The translations under genes were made by a program, and so were the position numbers. The notes under the pieces are model-generated. The model saw only the letters and a program-made list of their open reading frames with translations, searched no databases and was not told the origin of the DNA. Source: Cenococcum geophilum (lineage: Eukaryota). From it: DNA of 64,000 bases. The DNA lies in the NCBI GenBank assembly GCA_050273025.1, contig CP158635.1, positions 17,298,001-17,362,000 of the forward strand. Reading direction: 5' to 3'. Below are positions 24,700 through 37,777 of this stretch, one piece after another; within the stretch, counting starts at the first letter, position 1, and each line of letters opens with the position of its first letter.

Positions 24700-27140
24700 T
24701 AGTTAACTTATAAAGTAATATTAATATAAAATTACCGCTTAATAAAGGTGCTAGAGAAGGGTTATAAGCGGATATTAGGTTTACTTAGTAAGCGAATTTC
24801 TTACTTTTAAAGTGCGCAGATATATTCTTTTATTTTCTCTTACTATAAGGCGGATCTAATATTAGCTAAAAGGCTTAAGGTATAGTAGCTTAAGAAGAAC
24901 GGATAATATCTGGTTAAGAGGATTATAAAATACTTAAACTAAATAGCTAATATAATATAGGTTCTATAGGTTTTAAGAGCTTTTAGTATAAACTCTAGTA
25001 TCTCTTTAGATAAAAATCTAATAGACTATATAAATACGTATACGGAGATTAACACTTAACACCTAGATATTAATTAGAGCTCTACCCTAGCCTTAGGATT
25101 TTCTAGAAGCGGAGATCTAATACTATATTACGATTTCTAAATTTCTAGATTTCCTACTACCTAGGAACTGGTACTACGCTATAGATCTTAAACTTTAGAA
25201 TTTTTTGTAATTGGAGATCTAGCGCTATATTGCGAATATTAAACCTTAGGCTTATCTAAAAGTTAAGACTTAGTGTTATACTATAAGCTCTAATACTTAG
25301 GCTGCCCTAAGGATTTAGATTTAATACTGCGTTATAAGCTTTAATATCCGGATTGCTTTAAGGCCTAAGACCTAATACTACGCTATAAGCTCTAATATCT
25401 AGATTATTCTAAGGGTTAAGATACGGAGCTACCTTATAAGCTATAATACCTAGCCTACCCTAAAGACTAGTTTCTAATACTATAATATAGACTTAGATAT
25501 CTGGGAGCTGTAGGGAGTTAATATCTATTATTATAGTATAGACCCTAATACCTAAGAGGCCGATACTTAATACCTAATAATAACTGACGCTAATTGTTGC
25601 CCTAGGGCTGTTAATACCCGGCCTAATTTTGGGATCCTAGATATCCGCCCTATATTAAAAACTAAACCTAACTATCGCGTTATTAGGACTAATATCCGTT
25701 ATAGGGTGTTAGTATACTTAGCTTAGAGGTATTCTACTAGCTAAAGTTTAAGCTGGCTAGCTACGCGTTCCTACTAAATATAGGCTAAGAAGGTAATAGT
25801 ATTAGCAGCCCTGTATATGGATTTTCGGTGGATATTAATTAAGGTAGCTAAGCTACTTATATTTACAAACGTTAAGCTACTAATACTATTCACCTCTCCG
25901 CTACTCTAGACTGTGGTAATATCCGCTTTACGCTATCTTTTAATTTACTTACTAACACTAATAGCTAGCTCTCTGCCTAATTTGCCTTTTCTACCTTCGC
26001 TTAAATAAAGGTAATAAACTTATCTAGACTATTACTAAGCTAATTATAATTATAATTAGGTAGGTTTTTTTTAAGCGCCTTATAGCTAGTTATATACCAG
26101 GCGTAGCTATAGAGGGTAGTAATTTGCTTATTGGATATAATATAGCTTAAGGTTAGATTTTAAACAGTGTGCTAATATTTCTTCTCTATTTAGTTATAGA
26201 ACTAGTTTTTTTATACTTACAGCAAAGGAATTTTAGTATATCTTCCTTAGAATCCCCTTTATATGCGGCTTACGGATATTAAACTTTTTAAAAGCCCGTA
26301 AAGTAGAATTATAGTTAAAGTAATAACCCTAGCTACTAGTAGACGGAGACTATTCCTTATAGTTCTCCAATATAACCTTTTATAAGCAGCCCTTTTTCTT
26401 ATTTATAAGAGCATATATATAATAGGAGAGAGCTACTCTTTTCTTAGCTTTAGTCTTTAAGCGCTACGCTAGCTTCTTTAGTAGAATATCCGCAGGTAAA
26501 ACTACGGATGTTCCACCCAAACTAAGCTCTTGCCCTATATTAGATGCAGATAGATTAAAATTAGCATTACTATATATAGACACCCTTAAAGATATATCGC
26601 TAGCAAAATTAACAGCCCTATTTTTTATAGCACCTATCGCTTAATACGATATTTATAGCTAAGTTAACTTAGCTGAGATTAGAAGGCCCTACTAGTACAA
26701 CCGCGATTTTTAGCTAGCCTAGTAATATCCTTATATAGACCTTTATACCAATCCTTAATTAGAAATATTGCTATACCTATTTAACTACTACTACGAGCAC
26801 TGTGTCTAAGTTGTTGCTATAGTATATTAATGGACTTGTCTTTATATATACAATACTACGCAACATAGTTAATATTAGAAATATTAGCGCTATAGGTAAG
26901 CGCGTTAAAGGAGAGTAAAATATAGATTTCTAAGTTAAGCTTTCTAAACTCCTTATATAGTCTGTCTTTATCTATAATAGCTAATAATATATAATAAAGC
27001 TAAACAGCTCTTTTAGCCTATACTTTCTAATACCTATAATATACTAACTATAAATAAATTAAGTCCCTATATAGTAATATTAGGTCCTTTAAATTAAGAA
27101 AGATAATTATCTTTAGGATTTAGTAGGGAGTTGGCGTATA
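24700..27140 (-). pseudogene. RecQ-like SF2 helicase (HelicC domain plus long C-terminal extension), N-terminus cut by gypsy A copy 2
   Basis: RIP-reversed I(P)K(T)IIFF...V.LY(H)....KDRLYEEFRK...IRILLS.DAL..GADI.DIDYVAQY.....WQRLGR.AR....G.AIFLIEDW at ~26745-27120. The 3' end is uncertain. Confidence 0.8.
25114..25560. repeat. 51-bp period tandem repeat (17 codons), about 8-9 units
   Basis: Unit starts at 25114, 25165, 25216, 25267, 25318, 25369, 25420 and ~25471. Confidence 0.8.
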
Positions 27141-30100
27141 TATAAGGGGACTTTATAGACAGGGGGCTATAAAGACACAATTGTGGAATAGGATAGATTG
27201 GTAAGAGAGACGAATCCTTAAGGAGGTAAGGCCTTTAGGATTGTAGAGACTATATACTACGGATATATGCCTTTAGTACGTAACTAGCGACCATCTAAAG
27301 GGCGTCCGGGGGTTGTCCTAAGGGCAACCTAAGGTGACCGCAATAATATCCCTTATATTGCCCCCCCCCCTTCTTATAGTCGGCCTCTAATTACTATTAC
27401 CTTATAATAGGGAGATTATAAGGGCTTGTCCCGGAAGGGGTTCGGAGAGATATTAGAGAGGTATTAGTATACCGCTATATATTATCTATCTATCTAACCC
27501 CTACTTTAAACTCTTAAAAAACCTTAATAAGAGAAAAATATAACTAAAGAAAAGACGCGAGGATTGCTAGGAACCCGCTAGAAGCCTATTAAAAGCCTAC
27601 TAGTAACTACCTAGGCTAATTTAAGGATTTTTATATAACTTTACATCTAAGCCTTTATACCAGTCTATAATTAATTATAAGTATTATAGGTAATTTAGTA
27701 TTCCTAATATAGTTTTATAAAACTATTTAGTATATAGCTTAATATATAGGGCCTTAGCTTACCACTGTCTTTAACTATTAAAATATAATCCGTAATTGTT
27801 TTATATAATCCTCTACGTCACTAACATATTATTCCCGTATTTGCCCTTAGGTTATTAGATATAGTTAAGGGATTAATTAGTTAATTAAGAAGACTTATCT
27901 CCTAAAATTTAGTATATATGCTTTTAAATCTAGTAGTCCTATACTGTATATTTAGTATAGCTCTACTGCCTAGCAAATAGGGACATTTTGTAATAGCAAT
28001 TGTAGCTATTATACAATTATTAAGAACGTCTATAATGTTAATCTTTAATACTATAATATTATTTTAGGTATAATTTAACCTATATACATCTTTAATTAAC
28101 GTCTTAATTACCTTCTCCTGGCCGCGTACTTAGTTTTTATAAGGAAGTAATAGTTAGATAACGTATACTTATATTTTCTTCCCTTTAAATAATGCTATTA
28201 TAATAGAGTTATATCGGCAAGGTTGCGGCTATTTACTAAAAGGGTATTAGAAGGTAAAGTATAAAGATACCTTTACTTATTAAGCTGCTCCTTTTCCTTA
28301 ACACCTTACTTTCCCATTATTAACCTTCGTCCAATTTTGGACGTATCTTTAATATATTATTAAGATTTTCTTTTTCTACTAACTACTCTTTTAAGCAAAT
28401 TCTATAGTATATCCTGGCCCTACCTTTATATATAAAACCCTAACCTCCGCTAACCTATAACTAGTGCTAGTTCTACCTAAATAATTTTGCTTATATATCT
28501 TTAAAAGACTAGAATTCTAATAATAGAATTCTAGAGGCTTATAATAAGACGCACTACGTTAAATCTAATACCTTTAGTCCTTATAATTAATGCATACGTA
28601 CTAAGAGCGGTAGTTACGTTAAGGTAAGCCTTTCTATTCTTAATAGATTTCTATTGCTAACTTTAAGCTTTAATAGCCTAGGCCTAAGTAGCGACGTTCC
28701 TTTAATGTCCTTAACTACTATATTGCCCAGGCTCTCTCTTATTTTAGCGTAAATACTAAACAACTTGGCCGAATTTAAGACTATACCACGGCTATCTATA
28801 CTGCCTATAATTTCTAGCAAGCTAGTTAGTAACGCCTAATATAAGAGTAAGGTTAGTATACTAAGGATAAGGTAAAGAATAGGGGTAATAAGAAGAAGGT
28901 TGCTATCTACTATAGAAAGGAGTTTGCGCATATATATTAAGTTTTAAAAGAGCATAATATAATATGTTATTAGGTAGGTTACCCTTTAGGTATCTAGCGG
29001 ATAGGTAGCTAATAGTTACTATAGTAAGGTTTTAGTAGTTCTAGATTATACTAGCCAGCTAACATCTCTATTTATTCTAGGCTTAAGTATATCTTTATTA
29101 ACTATAAGCTTACACCGCAAGAGCTTTATTAGTATTAGTTTAGACCTAATATTAGTGTTAAGCGTTTAAGAGTCTCTGCTCTAGCTACACCTTATTATCC
29201 TACCCCTATTTTTATGCCTACTTATACGCCTACTAAGGGATCTAGATCCCATTCTTATTAGCTATTACTTAGTAGCCTAATAGATACTAATCCTACTCCT
29301 TTTTTTTATTTTTTATTTTTATCCGTTGTATTATACTACGTACAATACTGCGCATGCAGCCTTTAGGCTATAGCGCTATAGTTCTATATACATAAATCCT
29401 TTCTAGGCAGCTTAATATGTACTAGTAGCTATGTCCTAGTAGTTTATAAACCCCTAAATTAGGAGTTTATAGTTTCCTAGTAAAATACTAAGATACTACA
29501 ACTACTAGGGAATGAGAAAATGGTAAGAAAAACTGTAAGAAATCCTAACCCCTGTCCCTGTCCTTTTGCAATTTATTTCTATCCTTTTGCTCTCTACTAT
29601 CTTTTACCTAAAAGCCTAGTAGGAGTTACCTCCTTCTAGACTCCTATTAATTTTATTCTTCCATAGAATCTTCTACGCTAGTACTATGTACTAGTTTAGC
29701 TGCTCTAAGATTCTTGCAGTCTTTACTATTAGCAAAGTGTTTTTCTTTACAATTAATGCAAAGAGGGGTGGTATGCTTGCAAGACCTGCCGCTTATTAAG
29801 CAGGTAGGACAGCAGTGGTCTTTAGATAGATGTGTAGCCGCACAATATCTATAGGCCCTATTAGAGCATCTGTCTCCTATATGGCCAAATTTTTGGCAGC
29901 TATTACACTGCGTAGTAGGAGAGACTTCGAGGTATTTTACTACCTTAGTAGCTGTACCTGCAATTGATATCTCTTTTTGCTTAAGGATTTCTTGTCCTTT
30001 TTCTTTATTCTCTATAGTAAAAACTATGGAGCCAAATCTGGTCTGTGGATCGTGTCTTTTTACACTAGATAAGATCTATCTAGGTAGTCCTTGTATCCTT

Positions 30101-32443
30101 ATAGGATTAAAAGTCTTAATTTCTTCTTTTAGAAGCTTAGAGCCTCCTTCTCTTAAGAAAGGTAGGGTAGGAACTCCATGGGCTATAATTTAAACCTATA
30201 GTTCTAGTTTTTGTTCTCTTTAAAAGGTAAAGCAGTTATGCTAGATTTCCTTATATTTAACTAGGAAATCTACATTATACTCTTCCGTAGTCGTAAGGAG
30301 AATATTTTGTTTTCCTTTAGTTCTAGCTATAGATGCTAAAACCGGTTTTTCTACTTGCAGTTTTGATGCAAATAGTTAATTAACTTTGTTTCGTATAGAG
30401 AAGGTATCTAAAGGTTGGTCCTTTTAGTCTGTAATTAAGACTAGCTTTCTTTCTTGTAGCTGCTTTTTCTTACTTCTAGTAGAAGTAGGAGTAGGAAATG
30501 GTAGTGACAAAGAGAGTAAAGAGGACGAAGTAGGGAGGTCCTTTTTTAGCCTCTCTGCGTAGGTTTCTTTAGTAGGGGCTACCTCCTTACGGAGAGCTCT
30601 TACTTCTTCAACTAGTCCTTTTCGGACATCTTTTGTCTTTTCTTTTCCTTTTATAAAGGGATTTTCTCCTGCTAGGACACTACGTGTATTGTCCTCTAGC
30701 TGTTTAACTTGTTCATTTCTGTCTTCTTTTTCTTCTTTTAGCCCTTTATAGACCTGGGTTAGGCTATCTAGAGCCTTTTATAGGTATTATTCTGGAGAAA
30801 GGGGAGAGAAAGATATACTAGGTATACCAGCCGTAAAAGTTATTAGTTTAGTTGTCTTTTTTGCAGGTTTTTGGTTTTCTTTTTTAGTAGAAGACTAAGG
30901 ATGTCCTCTTTTTTCTCCTGTCCCAAATAGGCCAGGAGAAGGAGAAGGGCCAGAAAAAGTGAATGTAGATATAGACTCATTATCACTTATTTCTATAGGA
31001 GGTTTCTTTTTAGGCCTACCGGGCCTTGGCATTATGTCTCTTATAGGGGGGTTTTCCTAGTTTTTACTATCCTTATACCCTTTCTCCTTACTAATCCTAC
31101 TGGGAGATTTCTGGGGAGATTAGGCTAAGAGGTAGTAGGGAAACTAGCCCCTATTTTGTGGTTTTGGTATTGGTGGTATTGGTAGTAGTAGTAGTAGTTT
31201 TGGTGTTCCTGTCCGTGCCTCGCTTATAAGCTAGGGCCACCCTTAGAGAAATTTTTCTGTTGGGAGAAAGGGGGTAAAACGACAAATAAATCCACCTCTA
31301 GCTCGCTAGGCAGTAGGAATTAGGTCTTGAAAGTTAGAAAATCGATTGTTTTTGATGGTAAGATGGGTATGCGTAAGTTTTGGAGTGTGGCGCTACCTTT
31401 TGGTAAGGTTGCATGTGTGGTGAAGGTTTTAATAATCCTACTCCTAATAATAAGGCATAGTGGCTTTTTAGATTGGGCATTTATGGTTTAGACTTTTAGA
31501 ATTTATTCTTATATATAGTAGCAATTAAGGACCTTAATTAAGTGCTCGGAAAGGCCTTATAAGGCTTTTAGAAAGGGCTTAGAAGCCCTAGGAATAATAT
31601 TTTTAGTATAGATTAATAAATGGGAATATAATTCTAGTAAAATGCCTTATTAACTCTATGCTACATATATAAAAAGGCTAAGGACCCGTCCTACCTTAGG
31701 CCGTAGCCCTAATCCTTATGGTTTTTAGAGCCTATTTGTTTTATATCCGATTTAACCTATTTACTCTTTAGGGCCTCTTATGGCCTACTATAAGCTTTCT
31801 TTATAGGTTGTAATAACACCATAGTATTAGAGCGCTTTTTGCGATTTATAAATTATAAACCTTAATCCTAATATTCTTTTAGAATATCTTTATAATAATT
31901 AAAGTAATCCTCTAGTTTCTATATAGAGTTCTTAGTGGGCTAGCCTAGCCATTTAACTTTATATTAAAGCTTGTTCTTAATAGACTTATAGCGTAATATA
32001 GCTTTAACCTTATACCGCTCGCCCACTACTTTAGGGTGTTTAATTGGGCCTAGACCAAAGTTCTTTTCTAGTAGTAGTCTATACTATAGCTCTAGTAGGT
32101 TTATATAAAACACTAGATATATATAGGCTATAGATAGGAATAGCTAAAGATAGTAGGCTAACTTACTAATTTATTTTTTAATTTAAAAGGGACCTAGGTA
32201 TCTTATATTGAGCTTCTTTAATAGTTAACGGGTTTTAATATTTGTTAAATATAATAGAACCTTATCGCCTACTCTAAAATACTTATTTTAGTGCTTGCGG
32301 TTATACTAAAGTCTCTACTACTCTTGGGCATTTTATAGGCTCTACTTTATATACTTTTATTACTCCTCCTATTCCTAGAAATATCCTTATACTCTCTAGT
32401 AGATATTCTTAAACTTCTTAGTAGGATCCTATAACTATCATAT
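27141..32443 (-). mobile_element. Gypsy family A copy 2: 3' LTR, antisense gene and end of integrase; truncated at the Crypton
   Basis: LTR at 27141-27357 plus PPT. Colinear with 7602-10775. Interrupted at 29301-31432. Confidence 0.93.
29301..31432 (-). mobile_element. Non-autonomous non-LTR element encoding only a gag-like ORF1
   Basis: 13-bp TSD TAATCCTACTCCT at 29288-29300 and 31433-31445. A-rich tail at 29301-29322. ORF ~31032-29696 with zinc knuckles QCNSCQKFGH, CRYCAATHLSKDH, CPTC and CINCKEKH. There is no room for an EN/RT ORF. Confidence 0.88.
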
Positions 32444-32666
32444 ATCGAGGGGGCTGATTTGGCGCGGTTACGACCCGGGTTAATACGAGGTTAGGGCCAC
32501 CCCTACTAATAACGCACCCGAACCCCGCATAAGGTCGCGCAGCGACCGCCCCCAAGTACTTTCGCACGCGATTTTGAGCGAAAAGGTACATAATTTGTGT
32601 TAGATCGGTACTTCTGGACGGTCGCGTAATATTACTCTAAATTTATAACACCTAAACGGGCTCTAT

Positions 32667-32976
32667 TCCTATATTAAGGCGTTTTAGTTACTATAGTACA
32701 GTCTAATATTAAGACGTCTCGGTTACTATAGTATAGTCCTATATTAAGGCGTCTCGGTTAATATAGTGCAGTCCTATATTAAGGCGTTTCTGTCACTATA
32801 GTGCAGTTATACATTAAGGCGTCTCGGTCACTGCAGTGTAGTCCTATATCGAGACGTCTTAGTTACTATAGTGCAGTTATATGTTAAGGCGTCTTGGTTA
32901 CTACAGTGTAATTATATATAGAGGCGTTTTAGTTACCGTAGTGTAGTTATATAAAGGCGTTTTAATTACTGCAGTA
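32667..32976. repeat. 35-bp tandem repeat, about 9 units, subterminal in the Crypton
   Basis: Unit ~TCCTATATTAAGGCGTCTCGGTTACTATAGTGCAG. Confidence 0.9.
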
Positions 32977-32987
32977 AAATAACTATT

Positions 32988-35900
32988 TAGATATTCTTAT
33001 AAAGCTAATCCAAAGAACGCCGACCTCGTAGCTGTTCTAGCTAGTTAATAGCCTATCTCTTATCTCTTACTATACCGTCTTCTACGCGCCATCTTACATC
33101 CTTAATCATTCTACGGCGACGGCTATAGAATATAGCCTCGCTATTAACCCGCTAGCGTGCCCCCTAGCAGTAATTAAGAGCTTTAATTGACGGCCTACCT
33201 ACTAGCCCTAAAGTCCACTTAGCCTAGAGCTAGAACACCAAATTACCGCCCTAAAGCATCTTATATTTCCTTAGTGGCGCCTATAGGTTAAGAATAAATA
33301 AAAGAGGCTAAATATTAGCCTATGGTAGCTGCGGCGTATTACGGGACTCACACGTTCTTATATCTCTGCGCGCTTTAACATTCTTAACCCGTGCTTACAT
33401 TCGTCCCAAGACACCTACGCACGTTCCCCTATAACCCCTATTTATACCCATACCTAACCTATTCTATTCTGTTCTGCATCTAAATGTCTTTATATTAACT
33501 ACGTATAGTTACGCGTACGTAGCCTTCTTTAATTACTACCCCGTTTAGTATATTATATTCCAGCTTATACCCACTTCTATAATACTATATTTAGATCCCT
33601 TTTCTATACCTAGCGGGCCTATAGGCTACTAGTTACGGAGTATACCTTTCTACGCCTAATATAAGGGTAGATATAGGAGCTGCTGGCTGCAGGTAGACTA
33701 AGACGCTAGGGTTCTAAACTAGTACGACAAGTCTTTGTGCTAATTTGCATACGGACCTAATAATAAGACACCACGCCGATACGCCTGTAGAATCACAACC
33801 TGCCGATAAGATACCGCGCTGATATGCCTACGACCTCAATAGCTTACACCCTACTGCTACCGATTATAAATAGGCATATTACTGCCCCTTAGTTTAACCT
33901 AATAGCTTGTATCCTACTACTATATAAACACAAACACGGAAGCTGGTATCTTACTACTGTCCTACCGACCTATATATACTGCCCGACATACTAACAAGAC
34001 CTTACGCCTATACGCCTGCGAAACGACCCTAATAACCTATTATGCCGATACGCCTACGACCCTATCGCTTATATTATACTACTACCTAAACTAACAAGCC
34101 TTGTGCTAATATGCCTACGAGCCAAATATAACTAGGTAGAGCCTCGCTCCCTAGACCCCCGAACCCGTCACTTATATTATATTACTACCTAAACCAATAA
34201 GCCTTATGCTAATATGCCTATAAGACGACCTGTCGCTGGTATTATACTGCTACCTACCTAAACTAATAAGCCTTATGCTGATATGCCTACAAGACGACCC
34301 CGTTACTAGCACCGTACTACTACTACATAAACTAATAAGCTCTATGCCGATTCGCCTACGGAACCCAAATACATTGCTAGCACTATACTATTACCCAAAT
34401 CTAATAAGATCCTATACCGATATGCCTATAGAACCTACGCTAGCACCATACTGCTACTAATAAGAACCTACCTATAATATAAATACTATACCGCACCAAT
34501 AAGAACCTGTTAAGAATATGCCTTACTACGACCACGAATACCGTACTAACCGTACTATACTACTATTTAGGCCGATAAATACTACCTAAAATGCCTATTT
34601 TGGACTAAAAATCGGGGTAATTTTTTAGGGGGACTTAGAGTATAGGAAGGGAAGGCCGTAGAGCTACTAAAAGCGAGAAAGGAACTGTATAAGCTTTAGC
34701 AATGCGTCTCTAAGTAGTAAGAATAGGAGTGTAGCTGGCGATAGAAGCTAGGCTATGCTTTAGGCCTAATAAGTTAGTGGCCTAATAATTAAATATAGAA
34801 GGACTAAATTGGAGGAGCCTGTATAACAGAGGACGTAGAAGGGCGGAGAAGGCTAACGATTTTTTTTTCCCTATATTAGGTTTTTTTCTAATATATACGA
34901 TATAACACGCTTTATAGGAGCTCGGAAGTAAGGGGGGGGGGTACTGTTACAGAACTTACACGTTCTTACGTCTCTGCGCGCTTTGACGTTCTTAACCTAT
35001 ACTTACGTTCGTCTCGAGACACCTACGCACGTTCCCCTATAACCCCTATTTATACCTATATCTAACCTATTCTGTTCTATTCTGCATCTAAATATCTTTA
35101 TATTAACTATGCATAATTACGCGTACGTAGCCTTCTTTAATTACTACCCCGTTTAGTACATTGTATTCTAGCTCGTGCCCACTTCCGTAACACAGCGGGG
35201 GTATAGTAAACGTTATAGTAGATGGCTAAGCAGGCTCTGTAGTAGGCTCTATAGCAGGCTTTACGGTAGTAGACAGTTAAAGACCCCCTAGTATCTCTGT
35301 AGGGGTTAAATATATAGGAGAGAGTTTATCTAAAGACGGAATTTGGCCGTTAACGCGTTTAGGAACAGACCTAGGTATAGGTATAAGGCCGTCTAAAGAC
35401 GGATATATAGACTCCGTAGGCCCTATCTAGATGCCCGTCTTCCCTTACTAGATCTATATAGGTATAAACAATACTAATAACCTTTCTATCTCGCTAAGGC
35501 GTTCTAAGATCGTCTGCACGCGTAATTAAACCCCCTTTATTTTAGAAATCGCGGCCTTATATCTTAGCTTAGCTACTACCTTATAGGCGGGCCAGTATTT
35601 CCGCATTATTAGCTTATCTAGTATAACTATATTAGCTAGTAAGCTTTCTACCTACGCAGCAAACCTCTAGTACTCCTCGCAGCTAAAGAGGGGGTCCTTC
35701 TATAGGGGGTAAAGCAGGAACTACTTACGTAGAATTACTAAGTCCTATAATAGGATTACCCTAAGTGCGTAGAGGAGGCGTAGAAATCCTAAGCCTATAA
35801 GGTTAAGCCGTATAACCTTATTATCGGCCCTACCTAGGTAGTAAGCCTCTATACGTTTTAGCCAAACGTTAGTCTTAGGCCATATCTTTAAATAAAGGGC

Positions 35901-37396
35901 CTTCTTCGGTATCTCCTATACGCGGGGAAGAAAGTAGCCCTTTCCTTCCTTTAGGAAGCCGGTAATCGACCGTATAAACGCACGGGGTAGGTAGTTAAGG
36001 TAGGCTCCTATTATTACGTCTATATTCCAGCGTCCAGCCTATCTAATTTAGGTCTCCTTAACGCTACTAAGCTTAGCATACCAGACGCTCTACTTATAGG
36101 CGCTATAGGTTTTCTCCTTTAAGTAAATTCCTACCTCCTAGAATATCTTTTTATTTTATTTAAACTACGTATAATAGCTTAGCGGCCGTTATAGTACTTT
36201 AATACTACTAGGGAAGATGTATAGGTTATAGTAGTCCTTTAGCTATTAAAAGAATAGGAAGCTCTTAGCGCCGTCTTTACCCTAGCGGTTAAAAAAGTAA
36301 AAGGCTATTATAAAGAGGGGGTAGAGAATAGGGTTAGTGTTCTATATATAGCCTATATACTTAACCTTACCGTGTTAATTCTGCTTCCCTTATATTATCG
36401 ACATAATTATATATAGCGCTAACTCGTCTAGTTTAGGCCCTTTATTCTCTAGTTTAATAAGGATAAGATTAATAAGCTAAATATCTTATCTACTTTTACT
36501 ATAGGTAATAGTAGTATGGCCTAAGGAATGGTTTAGAAAACAGTAGCTATATAGACTAAACAGGGTATATACAAACCTAATAAATACTCGGCTGCAGTTT
36601 AAAGGTAAGACTTAACTAAACCTAGTATCTTAGAGCCTGTCTCCTAGCACTAAGTAATCGCCTTTTTAAGCCCTTTAATATTATAGCCGCTAGAAATTAT
36701 AAATAGGCCTTAATTAATAAAGTTAACGCGTTAAATCCGGTCCTTATTATAGCGGACGCTGTCTAGTACTACTAAAAGCTTTGCCCCCCATAGCGGCTAT
36801 AAGGTCTTACCTTTTAACTATTACGTATAAAGCTCAGTAATAGCGGAGACGTAGCTATTTATAACTAAGTATTAAACTATCTCATTAAATAGGGCGTCTA
36901 AGGCCTCCTTATCCCATATCTCCCCTTCCTCCCTTATAGCTTCCTCCCCTATGCCTACGGCTGCCCCTATAGCTGCCCCTACAGCTACCTTCCCCCCTAG
37001 CTACCCTACCCGCTTAACTATCTTCTACCTCTTCTTCGCCCGCTCACCATCTTTCTATATCTCTTTTTGTTTTAACTTCCGTTTTTAATAGCTAGCAACC
37101 TATAATTTTTAGTTAATAACTTACTGCTCTAAAATTAGGCAAAGCTTATCTTTTGTTACCTAGGCGCCATTTATATTACCTTCCAATCTTATATACTAGT
37201 CTTCCCACTCTTTCTACTTTAGCTCGTATGCCCTTATAATATTCTTTAAGCGCTAGGCCTTATAAATATTATATAGCTATACTATCTAGGCCTTAAATTC
37301 GCTCTAGAGGCTATAGGGGGAGGAGGCTAAGGGGGCTTCCGTTAACTATAAAGTGGACTATAGGGTAAGGAGATTCTTAAAAGACTTTATATCTAT
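32988..37396 (-). pseudogene. Crypton tyrosine recombinase with C-terminal GCR1_C-like domain, split by the 33337-35192 insertion
   Basis: GKQN(Q)HGKV.Y.G..RN..P.L(C)PL, EKT(H)SA(R)K, QIR.AGRWN....GAYL.YLPRAF.RSI.GF...GKGYFLPR at ~35900-36400. LWAEWTLGL.G.PSI.AL...WG.RWR....FYSRRR at ~33000-33280. Confidence 0.88.
33337..35192 (+). mobile_element. Non-autonomous LTR element (1856 bp) with a non-coding internal repeat array
   Basis: 248-bp LTRs at 33337-33584 and 34945-35192. TSD CGGCG/CAGCG. PPT AAGGGGGGGGGGTAC. Removing it rejoins the Crypton ORF. Confidence 0.9.
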
Positions 37397-37777
37397 AGGA
37401 GGTAAGAGGGAGACGCGTAAGCGCGGTATAGGTAAATAAAGTCATTAAACATATAAATATTAAAGGAGAAGAAAAAGAGGGCTCTATATTATACAATTAG
37501 AATTACAGTAGGCCTTTCTATATAAAATTAGAAGCCCTATATAAGCTAGCGCGGGCATAAGGATAGGAGAGGGTTGGAAAATATATTATTAAGGCGATGG
37601 TAAGGTTAAAGGCGCGCTAAGGCCCTCTATACTAACCTAGTACTAACCTAGGCCTCAAAAACGCGTCTAAAAAGTAGGGGCCACTACTAAAGGGGGGGGG
37701 TAATATTTGGACGATATGTCGCGGACCTTAGGGGGTTATATATAACCTGAGGTTATGCCAAGCCTAACCCAGACCTC

